Shown here: positions 1-13,500 of the stretch, in pieces
Numbering within the stretch: the first letter of the stretch is position 1
How the letters are laid out: each line of letters opens with the position of its first letter
Origin: Octopus vulgaris
Taxonomy: Eukaryota
Assembly: GCA_951406725.2 (NCBI GenBank)
Contig: OX597820.1
Span: 23,002,001 to 23,066,000, forward strand
Length of the DNA: 64,000 nt
Direction: 5' to 3'
Program-made: the position numbers and the translations under genes
Notes under the pieces: model-generated
The model's input: only the letters and a program-made list of their open reading frames with translations
Told to the model about the DNA's origin: nothing
The model's database searches: none

Positions 1-1488
1 TAGATTACATTGAGCCCTTGCATAATAGCCCGTATATTGTCTAGGTTACGTAAGATACATGCTTTATATTAATCTTTTATGTTCTGAAGATCTTTTTCCA
101 CAATTTGCAAAAGAACCCAACATATTTATAGCAAAGCGCTAACATTCTCCAGTACTAAAATTTGTCACTAATGCTTCAAGAGTTGAAAGTAAGATGACAG
201 ATCTAGAGAAATTAACTTAGAAACCTTCAAGAATGCACGAACAAAAATGACTGAATTTTTAACTGCCTCACAGATAATTAACTGCTATCAGAAACATGTA
301 ACCAACATCTTAGCTATTAATCCTAATACAGTGCATGCCAAATGTACAAGGGTCTGTTATGTCATCCAAAGAATTCTTAAATAATATGGTTAATTAACTA
401 AAAAATCTCTTAGCATTTCAGCAACCACCACCAAAAGTGCTGAGTTTTTGCAACAGAGCCAGTCATTTTAATTCAAAATTTATTCTTTCTCTCACTCACT
501 GAGATTACATTTGTTTAAAAAACAGGGTGTAATCTTAAAGTGTAGGAAAAAGAGAGAAGGAGAGAAAGATTGCTTAAGTGAGTGAGACTGATTATATTAG
601 AATTTTCTTTGAAGTTTCAAGGAAAAACACAAAAGTAAGAAGTCAATTGCATGTTCCAAAATAAATACAACTTGTTTTCTTTGAATGAATTCCAATTACT
701 GTAGTATATCTATCTGTCATGAAAAACAGTGAGCAGCAAAATGGCTCATTCTCACACACACACGTTTTTACATAAACAATACACAAATTGAACAGTGTTT
801 TTAGACCATGTCATTGCAGTGAATATATTGAAGTAACATCAGTTGTAATCTCATTGGAAATATAAATTGAAACAGCAGTTTAATCTCTCAATTCTCTTCA
901 TAAAACAATAAAAAAAAATTACTTGTCAATAAAAGCCATAATTCTTAAAACATATATAAATTCACAAAGCTGTGAATAGGACCATATGCTTTATAAACAG
1001 TATTATAAAATCAACTAGTCCTGTTATGAGTATAGAAACGGATTTTCTAACAACTTACTATATGCTAATTTCATGAAGACCAGTTCCTACAGCCCACTTT
1101 TTTCTTCTTTATATTACAATATCTCAATGCATCAGGGTTAATTGTTTTCATTTTACATTCATTTTTCCCTACTCATGTGGATTAGACAAAATTTACATAT
1201 TATCGAGGCACTGTTTTACAACTGGGTACTTTCCTGTCACAAACCCCTGTTTTTCAATTAAAGTTTTCATTTCACTTGTCTTCACAAGCAGAATTACAAC
1301 ATGATTTGTTGACAAGGAAATGTTAACAAACATCACTGTCTTTAACTCAGCAACCTTCATACAAAGTGTAACCATTCACAGACACACATACACAATGGCC
1401 TGGTACAGTTTCTATCAACCAAATTCACTCCCAAAACAAATTATCACCTTATAACCAAGGAACAGAGGAAATCAAATGTGACTATCAT

Positions 1489-1516
1489 AATTCTGAGTTA
1501 TTAATAACTCAGAATT
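1489..1516. repeat. Perfect 28-bp palindrome
   Basis: AATTCTGAGTTATT|AATAACTCAGAATT. Confidence 0.9.
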
Positions 1517-2955
1517 TAACACAAGAGTCGATAATATAATTTCTGAGTGTATTTTCAGAAAAACTTACTATTTACCTAAAACAATATCAACTTATTTGAG
1601 CTTATGTATAAAGCTTTGTTTCAGGTTGTATTTGCTTGGCATATGACTTGATCTGAGACGAGTGTTATAATTGAAACAATTACATCATGTCAAGGGTCAA
1701 GATAGCCATATAAAATGCACTGAACCATAGCTTTCATTTTTGTTTTATTTCTTGGTAGTCTTGCATACTATCAATAACTGCCAAAAGGTTTTGTTGTAAA
1801 TGCACTAGAATTGTGTCAGTCATCAGGTTGTAGATCGACACCAAAACATTTTTAGCACTTTATAACATACAGCACTAGCAAGAGTCCAAAAGTGAAGGTA
1901 ACAGCATATGCGCATGTATTTCAAATAGCCATCTTCGGCTCTTCCCCAGTGTAATTGGCAAAGCTTTATGTTTCTAATCACATCCAACACAATGCCAATA
2001 TTTACTGATAGCATTTATATTGTGGATACTGCAATTTATGTCTTTCAAAAATTAAATCTTCGATGCCAGATGATCCTAATATCATTGTATTTTAAAACAT
2101 TTGCAATCATTTTACTGCTTTAAGCCAGTATACACTTAAAATGAAAAGATTAAGACACAATGGAGTCCATTGTCTATTGTACTTAATATTCTAAAATATT
2201 TCTTAGCATATGAAATGGGATCATTCTCAAGACACACATTTAAGATAATGTATACAACAATAAAGGGTTAATATTTAAAAACCTGCTGAAATTTTCAGTG
2301 GCATCAATTAAACCTCACAATCTTTCAATGGAATAATTTCTGGAATTTTGTTTTATTCATTTTGTTAAAGATAAATAATTAACAATTACAATAATTTAAT
2401 TTTTCAGATCTTATTAAATTGTTGTTTTTTTTTTGTTTTGTTTTGTTTTCCAAAATGCATTTAAAAAATTACTTCAAATGTGTGCAAAAAAATTCCATTT
2501 ATAAAATCCAAGTTAATATCAAGGTCAAATCTGGGGATGAAATGTTCCCAGATTAAATTTTGATCAGCATGTCAATCAAGTGCAGTAAAAGAGTGATTCT
2601 TATGTCATTCAGCAAACAAAGTAAGATCTGTACTTCACTGAGAAACTCTAATAAGACTTAAACACATCTAGGGTTGTCTCCCATATTTTTCAAAATACTC
2701 AAGATAATGTTTGTCAATGGCTTAATATTTTTTTTCCATAGCTTTTTGGGATTTTTTTCTAAATGGCATTTTTTGTATGTTCTCTCATTAATTATGTTAA
2801 CATGACTTCTCATAGATGTGGATTCTCATCCATCACTTACTCAATAAAATTAAAATACCATAAATCAAAGTATCTGATAAGACAATGTATCATCCTTCCA
2901 CTTATGAAACTTAAATGCACTCTTGCACTGGAAGAGAAATATTTAACATAGAACC

Positions 2956-4073
2956 CATGAGGTCTGTCCAAAAAGACACTGAACTTTTAAAACTGCTGTG
3001 TATGGGTGATTTTAAACTTCAGTTCAATTAATAATAGTCACATTACGCCATGTCAGTTAGTCGCTAATCTACATGTGCTACATTAAATGTATGTTTAGTG
3101 TACTTGGTAATTTTTCGCAAAGGTGAATAATGAAGGGTCCCAAAGAGCAAAATGCTTGTGCAAAAATACTTGTTTCAAACTGGGAAAGACTTTTATAGAT
3201 ATGTTTCTAACATTGCAACAGACCTATGGGGAAGATTATTTGAGCTGTAAGCAATGCTACAAATGGTACAAGTATTTCAAATTGGCAAGAACATCCACCA
3301 AAGATGATTGAAAATCTAGACAACAAGAAAATTGTTGCATGAACTGTCTGTGAAGCTTCAAAGATAGGCATCTGTAAAAGTAAATACCAAATGATTTTAA
3401 AAGATAAATTGACAATGCAACAGGTTATGCTGAATATGTACTGCATCTAATAACAGACGATGTGAAAGAGAATCAGATCGCATTTAGTCGAGAGTGTTTG
3501 ATAGTTTGAATGTTGATGGAAACTTTTTGTACTGTGTCATAGCAAGTGAGGAAGCATAGATGTGTGATTATGATGTTGAAACAAAGAAGCAGTCATCCCT
3601 ATGGATTTGGATCATCATGGCTATAACTGAAGAAGTACATCAGTCAAATATAATTAATTAGAATGGTGTCATTCGTAACAAGTCTGTTCCCTTCCTGACA
3701 CATTTGAGAGGGGTAGCATAAAGAGGACAAAGGCTAGAACAAATGAAACTTGGATGCTACACCAGTTAAAACACACCTACTCTGTGTTATTCTTTATCCA
3801 TGATTTTTTTTTTTACCCCATCGCCCAGAATTGGTCACTGTGGACTTGTTTTTGTTCCCAGAGTTCAAATCCAACCACAAAAATCACCAATTTCAAATTC
3901 ACTATAAGAAGTGCACACTACTTCTGAAAACACTTCCCAGGATACACTCCCAAACTAAAAAAACACATTGGGGAATTGTGTATCAACAATGGAGGGAATT
4001 ATTCAGGAGATAAGTCTGATTAAATTGTAAATAAAGCAATAAAATTTGTCTTCCAGTTTCTTTCTGAACAGAC
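2956..4073 (+). mobile_element. Heavily degraded mariner (Tc1/mariner) DNA transposon
   Basis: ORF 3123-3311 resembles the mariner HTH (CFKLGKTF...LQQTYGEDYLS...CYKWY...ARTSTKDD). 3545-3603 reads as decayed GDETW..YDVETKKQSS.W and ~3820-3875 as SPELVTVDLFLFP (SPDLAP.DFFLFP). TIR remnants GAGGTCTGTCCAAAAAG / CTTTCTGAACAGAC. Confidence 0.85.
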
Positions 4074-5249
4074 AAGTAAGTAAAAACTGTTATTTTCAAA
4101 AGAAGTAGGTATTATATTTCTAATTTAAAACACTACAGCTGACAGTCTCAGCTGGACTACAATAGCCATTTCAATATTTTGTCTTTATATGACATAGAAT
4201 ACTAGAAACCATTCACCCAAAAATAATCTTAAGTGATTAAAATAAAATAAAAAATGCTAAACAATGTTAAAGTGTTAATTAATGACCTCAATTTTTATAT
4301 TAATAATCTGACAAAGAAGTGATACAAAAGATACTATGAAGCTCAGGTTAAAAAGAAAAAAATAGCTAATATTTTTGCTTTTCAATAACAAAATGAATTC
4401 CTTTGACCGATCTTAATACTGAAGAAATATCAATGACTATCAGCTACAAAAATTTATCATGGATAATTCTGACTAGCTGTAGCTAAATTTTACCTTACTT
4501 TTCTCCAGTACCAATCAAGTAAATACCAGCAATTCACTGAGGTCCTTTTAATCAGCCCCACTGTCTACCCTAAAAATATGTGATTTTGTAAGAAATCCAA
4601 ATTTTATGGGAGGAGAGTTCAAATTTGAGGAAATTAAAAAAAAAAAGAGCTTTTTCACTTGCTCTTATACCTGTTTTAATGCAAATTTACACCTTGCATA
4701 TTACCTTTATCCTCCTTTATAAACTTCATCATTTTACATACTCAAAGCTGCCAACCAGTTTGGAAACTCACCCCAGGGTGCATTTGTTATTTTGAATTTA
4801 CATTGAACTGAAAATACAAGATAGTCTATGAAAACCTCTTTGGATTTTATTCCTTCACCATCCACAATCCTATCTCAAACAGTACCAGAGACATATTATA
4901 CATCCTGCTTTCCAAAATCCAATAAAAATGAAATCTTTACCACTCATTCAAGTCTTCTCTCTACATTTAAGCTATAAACTGTTATTTCTTTCTTTACCAA
5001 AACTGACAACCAGACTTGGTTTTGGAATGCTGTCCTCTGTAGATATATTAACAGTATTTGGTTTATCTGAAAAGTCCAACACTTCTTTTGCACGTTAATT
5101 GCAAAAGAGCTGATATAATCCTAATATAACAATGTATCACCACAACCCATCATTATAATCAGTTTATTATTCATTTTTCAACACTAGGTAGATATAGCAG
5201 GTTTGATTAACTTACTTCCATCTGACCCTTCTTGTGTTACTTCAACAAG

Positions 5250-5700
5250 GAGACTAAGTCCTAATTTAAGTAGATTATGCTAAATCTTATTACTGCACTT
5301 GTTACCATCTCAACTACAAGCACATACAACACTACTTCACTAAACATGTATTATTCATATGCATTACAAGTTCGTAATAACTATAATTGTGTCTTCTGTA
5401 TTCACAGATAACTTTCTCAGCACTCTAATATTCTGTCTGTATCTCAAGTATATCCAACAAATCAGTCTCACTTCATTCTCTGCCTCTCTTACAGAAGGCA
5501 TCCTTTCTGCACTAACTATGTTTCACTAGCTTGCAATATCACATTTCAAACAAACGCATCATATTGATTACCTTCCATGTGGACAGAGAATCCAAGTGTC
5601 ACCAAAAATGCTAGTTAATTCTCCATAGTTCTTCCATTTAGTCTACAGACTCAACGCTATACTAATTAGGCTTCTTAATACAACTACTACTTTCAGGAAT
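5250..5700 (-). mobile_element. Very old RTE fragment
   Basis: Minus strand ~5605-5520 reads LVTLGFSVHMEGNQYDAFV*NVILQASET, resembling the RTE 'KG.LY...VR..ML.GSE.W' motif. Confidence 0.4.
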
Positions 5701-6779
5701 ACACTAGAGCAAACCAAAGCCTTTTAGTAGAAGCAAATGATAATAATCCTTCTTTAGTTAAGATATTACATAAAAAGTCTCGAGTTTCCTTACTGATGTA
5801 TAATATATAAATTATATGAGACCTAAAGTTTTGCTAAGATTGATTTCATAATTGTCCTTTTTGTATGAATTATTGCCTTGTCTTTCTTAATCAAGAAACA
5901 AGAGAATTTTGTCCTACTGAAAATACTAGCTGATGATCATTTAAAGAAAATTAAATGATGCTGATTCAAGATTTTAATTACTAAGTGATTTATATTTTTA
6001 ACTACATTTCCAATAACCCTTATACAAATGTTGCTGAATAAATAGATTGGCTTATGACAGAAATAGATTTAAATTAGTATATCTCTCAGAGGTAAAAGTA
6101 TGTAACCTATTGAACAACATATTACAAATGGATGGATTATATTACTTTGAGTAAATACCAAAAGTAGTAGAACTTGTTATGTGATGATTGTTCATTATTT
6201 GGTTTGTAAAACTGAATTTTCCATGTTTTTTCATAAGACACAATTTTTAAACAAACAAAATCTCAACAACAACAGAAATTCTGATTCGAATTATATTCAA
6301 CAGATCCACAATTCCATTAATATAAATTAGATTTTCAAATGATTTCAAAAGACAGTTGTAATATTGTAGCCGAAAGCTAAATTTTACATAGTGACTTTCT
6401 TTCAGGTGTGGGAAATAATACAAATTGATTTCTTTTGGCTTTTGATTCAGCAAAGGAAATAAAATATATAACAAATGATATTATAATAGTGTGGCAATTT
6501 GTTTGAGAAATTTGTACTACAAACCTCTAAGTGTATGAGGGGACAAGAACAAAGGATAATTGTTTTCAGAAGAGAAAATACTAATCTTCAAGAGAAGAAT
6601 TCTCTAAAAACTGTGACCTTAAGGCTCATAAATTCTAGGGATATCAACCACAAATTCATTCTCTGTAACTTGAGATTTTTAGGTTCTTGTGAATTAAAAG
6701 AATTCATAACCAAAATATTTTGAAAGCAAACTTTAGTTATCATTTTATCATGAATTATAAATTAAGAGCACTGAAAAAG

Positions 6780-7497
6780 ACTACAGTGTCTTAATTCCTT
6801 TCCCTTCCATCTCTTTGCACTGGGATTTAAATAATCACTTCCATTATCTTCATTGCATTGGTGTCATATTTTTGTTTTGTATTGGCACAGATTGGAGGGA
6901 ATTTTTCGCAGCAGTGTTTTATGGCTAGATGCCCTTACTGGCTCCAGTAGGACATGCAGGGATACAGCTTACCTATTCTAAAATCTGGGACACACAGGAT
7001 AATGGTTCACATTTAGAAATGGTTAATCTTTAGCCTTTGAACCAGCCAGATCTGACTCTGACCTCTCAGGACTACCCTCCAATGCCATTCTAAAAATAAA
7101 CAATCATATCATCAAAATTGCAAAGCTATGAGATAATGTATGGTTAATTCAAAACAACTAAATAAACATTACAATTGACAGAATAATCTGAATGCTAAAG
7201 GGTTAAAGTAAAATCCATTTCGGCAATTATGTTTAAGTTAATGTATTATATTTAGTTTACAGACCATTTCTAAATGTGAACCATTATCCTCTGTATCCCA
7301 GATTTTAGAATAGGTAAGCTGTATCCTTGCATGTCCTACTGGAGTCAGTAAGGGCATCTAGTAATAAAAAACTGTCTTGAAAAATTCCATCCAATCCATG
7401 CCAGTACAGAAAAAATTAATGCAATGAAGATAATGGAAGTGTTTATTTAAATCCCAGTGAGAAGAGATGGAAAGAAAAGGAATTAAGACGATGTAGT
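6780..7497. repeat. Large local inverted duplication (arms 6780-7023 and 7263-7497)
   Basis: For example CAGCTTACCTATTCTAAAATCTGGGA...GGATAATGGTTCACATTTAGAAATGGT versus ACCATTTCTAAATGTGAACCATTATCC...TCCCAGATTTTAGAATAGGTAAGCTG. Complementarity continues with scattered mismatches over ~240 bp. Confidence 0.95.
7023..7206. mobile_element. piggyBac-type MITE family A (shortened copy)
   Basis: TTAA...AATGCTAAAGGG-TTAA; internal sequence shared with 46266-46484 and 48516-48740. Confidence 0.75.
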
Positions 7498-9424
7498 TTA
7501 GAAATGAAGATTGAAAAGTCAAGCTTCAAAGACAAAATGGTTCGTTATAAGGAAATATAGTGATATGCTGTTACTCAAACTCATACAATCCATTCTGGGT
7601 GTAGAACAACACAAATTAAATTCATGATATTCCAGAGAAGATATAAGATCATACATCAGGACTAAAACTACTTCAAGTGGTAGAGTCATATTTACTGTTT
7701 GATTCACTTTAAATTGTAATAATATATTAGATATCAAAGACTTTTGTTGCATCAGTTAACAGTTCACAGATATATGGAATGCAGATAAGTGTGCCCTACA
7801 CTTATATTACATACTAGTAATAAGCATTGTTAATCCCCAATTATCGACAAGGTGTCTTAAATGCTTTGCCAATTGCAGAATGCAGACTATGCTTTTATCA
7901 TCTAATTTCACCATTTCTGTCAGCACACACAGAACAGGCAAAGTAATGCACTAGAAACAACATAACCACACAGGTTGCACTACCTAGCAAGAGTGATGGA
8001 CAAACTAATTTGCAGTATTTCTCTTACAGCTCTTTATGTTCAAATTTCACCTGGAGTTGACCTCATCATTTTTGATAAAACACATACCAGTAATGTACAA
8101 ATTCACTTAATTTGCTATGTATGTATATGTGGCCTTATGTAAAAGCAGCAGCAGTAAGAGTTGCAGTAAGGGTGGAGAGAGGGTGAGTTGGCAGAAATAG
8201 TCAAATGCCAGGTAAACTGTTTAACAGTATTTGAGTTAATCTCAATGCTTTGAGTTCGAATCCAATCAAACCTATCTTCATTTTTTATCCCTTTAGGGTC
8301 AATAGAATAAGTAGAGAGCAGACTACCTTTGTGAGTTCATATTTGTGGCAGACAAATATTGTTATGTCTCTAGGCATGATGCTTAATTCCACCAGCTTCA
8401 ACTCATCTAATTACTGGTACTGAGTATTCCTTCCAAAATGATATCCAGATAGAATAGCAGGGAGTCAGTTATCAGTCATTACTTAACTGAAACCACAGTG
8501 AAACAATGGCCCTTGTGAATCCCCAAGACTCATGAAAGAATTAACCTCCCAATGATTTTTTTTGTTAAGTGCCAAGGATGAAGAGGATAATTTACTTACA
8601 TAGCATAGATGAGTAAACCAGTAATGTGAATGATGCGTATAGTAAACAATGTTCATAGTAAGAACTTCTCAACAATACACAAAGTAACCAACTGCCATGA
8701 TCACAAATTCGAATAATGAATCACTATATCCTTATTTGTACCTTTTTCAAAATAACTGAAACAAAATTTAGCATCTATTTAAAAATTACAATGACTGCTT
8801 CATTAGCTAGAATTGTGTCTACAAATAAATAAGAATGAATGTTTATAAACTTTCTACAACACGATTGACTCAAGAAAAACACAGCCATTAGTCACATGAA
8901 GGGATCAACATATTTACAAAAATAGGAGATGCACTTTCTAATTTCTTGTTTCTTTCATGAAACCAAATCAATTCAAATAACGATCACATCATATTTTTAT
9001 GAAAGATTTTGGTTAAGAAGCCTAATATTAAAACGAAATGAATCAATGCCCTAAAATGATTTCTTTCTAAGAGATATTCCACTCAGCACTGGAGATGAAT
9101 GAATCAGGCACTAGGGTTGATTCACCTGCAGCCCAATGTCCACGTATGTATGAAGTCAGCAGTGAAGATGAAAGCCTTATGATTTCTTGATCTTTGTCCT
9201 TATAGAACAGTCTGCCCATTTTAGTAAAGTGAATTATTAAGCAGTCATACATCAAGGATGACACTAATGAAACCTAAAAGTTATTTTTTATAGACATCTA
9301 AGACAGCACCAAGAAAACCTGAAAGCTTTTTTATTTTTTTTTTTACATAATTAAAAAGTGAAAATTAAGATGTTAGACAACTGGCCAAATGGTAAATGAT
9401 TCTGACTTGAAACATAAACTCTGA

Positions 9425-9635
9425 TTAACCCTTTTTTGATACCAACCTGTCCAAGTCCATCCCTGGTTCTATGACACAAACTTCTTGTTTTAAAGTGATT
9501 TGAATTAAAATCCTGCAAATTTTCATGTTTAATTATGTTCCAAAGAATAGCTTAATTATTTTATTAAATTCTTCATTATTTTCAAAATTAATTGAAACAC
9601 AAGCAATGTGTTTCAACAGAAATAGGTTTACTAAA
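9425..9635 (-). mobile_element. Diverged piggyBac-type MITE family B relative
   Basis: Starts TTAACCCTTTTTGATACCAACC; internal sequence is reverse-complement similar to the 56102 copy. Confidence 0.55.
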
Positions 9636-10587
9636 CTGTGTAAAGTTTTCACTCAGACAAGGGATTTTAGTTTTTATACATACATACATATCATCATCAA
9701 ACATCTGTCTTCTATATATATAATATTTGAAGTGAAGAGTTAGCTAATTTCACCCTTCTATCCACTACACCTACCAATTTTAACTTGTTACCAGAAAGAT
9801 GTGATCACAAAAACTTCATACAAACATTGTAACTGGAAACATCACAGTGTTAACATGCAATATAACTCCTCGCAGAGGTAGTTCTGGGGAAAAGTAGGCA
9901 AAGGAATTAAAAGAACATTGCACAAGAACCGTGGGAAGAGGTGAAGAAGCAACCAAAATGTGCAGAAGTTTGCTGTATTACAAACACAATCATATCCACA
10001 TGAAAACTGATGTAAAACTGAAGATGACAATGTTGAAAGCTTCAAACACTACTTAACAATCCCTCATTCTAAAGACTTGCTACCTAAATGAACACCTTTC
10101 CCTTTTCTTAGATTGCACAATACATTAAGTAACAATGCTCCAAACCCTTTATTCACTGCATCTATTTCAGTTGACTTCTAAATTCTCAAAGGTCCAGACA
10201 AAATGATAAATAGACATTTACAATCCTATATGGCAAAATACTGAGTAATTTAAGATATACGGAACAATATTAATAAATCCAAACTTAATAGTACGTAGCT
10301 TTTTAAGCACAAGTTTACCTAACATGCAGTACTATAGTAATATTTACTTTATAAGCTACATTCTGAGTTCAAATTCCGCCGAGGTCGACTTTGCCTTTCA
10401 TCCTTTCGGAGTCAATAAATTAAGTACCAATTGCATTCTGAGGTCAATCTAATCAACTGGCCCCCTCCCCCAAAATTTCGGACCTTGTGCCTAGAGTAGA
10501 AAAAAATATTTAGTTTATAAGCTATTGAATAAAATTTAATTTAAAATTTCATATTCTTAATTAGAAGAAAAAATTTACAGGCTTGCT

Positions 10588-10611
10588 TACCAAACCAGAT
10601 CTGGTTTGGTA
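10588..10611. repeat. Perfect 24-bp palindrome
   Basis: TACCAAACCAGA|TCTGGTTTGGTA. Confidence 0.9.
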
Positions 10612-10992
10612 TTTCAGTTTTGAGTTTAAATCCTGTTATCAATGGTTACAAAATAAAGTTGATACTGTCAAATTACTGCCTTAGCTTTGCTCTACATTTC
10701 AAAAAAATGTTTCTGAAATTCTCGGAAATGATCAGGAAGTTTAATACAGACATATACCGCCTAAATTAGCCATCTAGAATTTGGATACAAATAAAAGGAA
10801 GACAGATTCATCTGACAAAGAATAAGGAATTAAGAGGTTAGAACTGAAATTTTGTAGGGGACTTGACTTTAAATTAATAGGAAGCATTTTCATAACTAAA
10901 AATTCTAATGTATATACATTTAAGTAAAAATGTGTTTTGATAAATCACCTAAACTCATATGTTTGTTACAAGTAACTTGGTATAGTTTTTTT

Positions 10993-11373
10993 ACTCTTTT
11001 ACTTGTTTCAGTCATTTGACTGTGGCCATGCTAGAGCAGCGCCTTTAGTCAAGTAAATCAACCCCAGGACTTATTCTTTGTAAGCCTAGTACTTATTCTA
11101 TCGGTCTCTTTTACCAAACCATTAAGTTACGGGGACATGAACACACCACCATCGGTTGTCAAGCGATGTTGGGGGGACAAACACAAACACATAAACACAC
11201 ATATGCTTACGACGGGCTTCTTTCAGTTTCCGTCTACCAAATCCACTCACAAGGCTTTGGTCGGCCCGATGCTATAGTAGAAGACACTTGCCCATAGTGC
11301 CACGCAGTGGGACTGAGTCCGGAACCATGTGGTTGGTAAGCAAGCTACTTACCACACAGCCACTCCTGTGCCT
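10993..11373 (-). mobile_element. tRNA-derived SINE, family 1 (full length)
   Basis: Minus-strand head AGGCACAGGAGTGGCTGTGTGGTAAG with box A/B-like motifs; tail AACAAGTAAAAGAGT. Related copies at 17871-18316, 38058-38430, 57092-57420, ~13545-13830 and ~51420-52015. Confidence 0.85.
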
Positions 11374-13029
11374 ACTATCTCATCATTTGCCACAAGTGTT
11401 GTTGAAAGTAAAATGGAAGAAGAAAACAATGAAAACATATTTCTAAAATATTTCAGATGAGAACACTTAGTATAAGAAACAAAACTTAAATTAATACTGC
11501 AGCATAAATTTAATGCAAGGGGCAAACTGTCTTCTATCAGCATAAAAATACAAAGATAACATCTAGATAGAGATCTTGAACTTACAACAACAAACGTGAT
11601 TATACATATGCAGCAGAGTATGTACAACACAAGCAAAAAATATCAACATGTTATCCTGCATGCATTAAATGGGTGTGTATGTATACACTTGTGTGTGTGT
11701 ATGAGGAGTGGTTGTGTGGTTAAAAAGCTTGCTTCCCAAACATGTGGTGCCTTGGCCAAACGTCTTCTAACTTGGTTTTAGGCCTATGAGTATGTGTGAT
11801 AGAAGCCTAGAAGAAGACCACCCCACCATGTGTGTGTGTGTGTGTGCGTGCCTCTTTGTCTAGCCATCACATGATAGTTGTAAATGAGCATCATCATCAT
11901 ACAAATGAGGTGGTTTGTTTCCAGTCTTCTGTGGAAAAACATGTCTAGTAATGAGAAATTGCTTGGACACATGTGTGGGCTGTCAACAAGAAGGGCATCC
12001 AGCTACAGAAAATCTGCATGCATGCATGCATGAAAAAGTAGACAAATGATATGTATGTGTGTGCCCCTTTGTCTAGCCATCACATGGCTTTCAATTCCCA
12101 GGCTCAAAATCATGAGGTAGTGGGTTCGATTCACAGACTAGGCTATATGTTGTGATCTTGAGCAAGATACTGTATTTCACATTGCTCCAGTTTACTCAGC
12201 TGTAGAAATGAATTGTGACATCACTGGTACCAAACTATGTTGGCCTTTGCCTTTCCCTTGGATAACATGGGTGGTGTGGATAGGGGAGGCCAGTATGCAC
12301 TAGCGACTGCTGGTCTTTCATAAACAACCTTGCCTAGGCTTGTGCCTTGAAGGGTAACTTTTTAGGTGCAACCCCATGGTCATTCATGACCAAAGGGGTT
12401 CTTTACCCAAATATATATAGTGAAGACACATGGCCTAGTGGTTAGGATGTTGTACTCATGAACGCAAAATGTTTCGTTTTACATTACTCCAGCTCCCTCA
12501 GCTATGTGTAACAGACTGATGCATTGTTCACATGAATGCTGGCCTGCTTGCCTAGGTAGTAAGATGGCATCATTCAAAAGCTACAACTATGTGAGGTAAC
12601 ATACAGTGACCAGCAGTGTGTAACATCCGATAGTTTATCCTTGAATACAAGCATTTCCCCTATATTCTTCTTTAGCTAAGTAACCCTAACCTTGTGGGCT
12701 CATGGGTGCTGATGCCAGTGCTTCGTGACAATACACTTTGTAAAGTGGTTAGCATTAGGATGGGCATCCAGTCAAAGAAACCATGCCAAAACAGACATGA
12801 ACCCTAAGCAGCTCTTCAGCTGACCAGCTTCTATCAAACCATCCAACCCATGCCAGCATGGAAAATGGACATATGATGATAATGAGATACACAAACGCAC
12901 ACACTTTTATATTTTCATGCTGAGAAGCCTGGCAATACCCGGAGCCTGTGCAGGCCCTCTGAGATTTGTGAAACTGATGGCATCTTGAACCTTTGCAAAT
13001 CAATAATACCTGCAAGAAAGATATGAACA

Positions 13030-13500
13030 GAGAAGAAATTCTAGTGGGATAACATTCTGGAAAGAGAGGACTGGGTACAACAATTAGTGCCAGTCTTGGG
13101 TGTTGAACATGAAGGTGATGAGAGGAGAACAAAAGTAACATGAGCTCAGCTTGTACCAAGAAGTACAGACCATTATAGTATCAATAGAAAAGGCAAAGAA
13201 CAGAGACAGTACACAAAAAGACCAGAGTCTGTGCCTGTCTAAAAGTGAGTTTATGACAATAATATAGCCCTGAACTGAATGTGGCCTACAATGTCTGTGA
13301 GGGCAATTGTCCATTTTGGGCCTCACATGGGCTTTATAGAGTGTCAATAGTTGTTAAGTATTAGGCTATCTTGTTTCCCCTGCTCTCCAAAAATGAGTTG
13401 GTTTCTGGGATGCAGGCCTATCTAAATTTACGATGCACTTTTGCAAAGAGAGATCCTCAGTGATAGTGAGGCCCAACAGTTGGAGTAAACATCAGGGCTC
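13030..13500 (-). mobile_element. Degraded CR1/Jockey-group LINE RT C-terminal fragment
   Basis: LGLTITEDLS... and LLTLYKAHVRPKMDNC.H (LYKAQVRP.MEYC.H motif), followed by decayed 'SLCLFYRYYNG' sequence. Confidence 0.75.

Noticed and set aside
1193-1375. Minus-strand ORF containing VAELKT as the next liprin-alpha exon
   Set aside because: Only a 4-5 residue resemblance; no EF..LTKEL or ERNNTR context and no fitting splice sites.
10010-10050. CTGAAGA...GAAAGCTTC hammerhead-like string
   Set aside because: No stem I complementarity and a weak stem II; likely chance.
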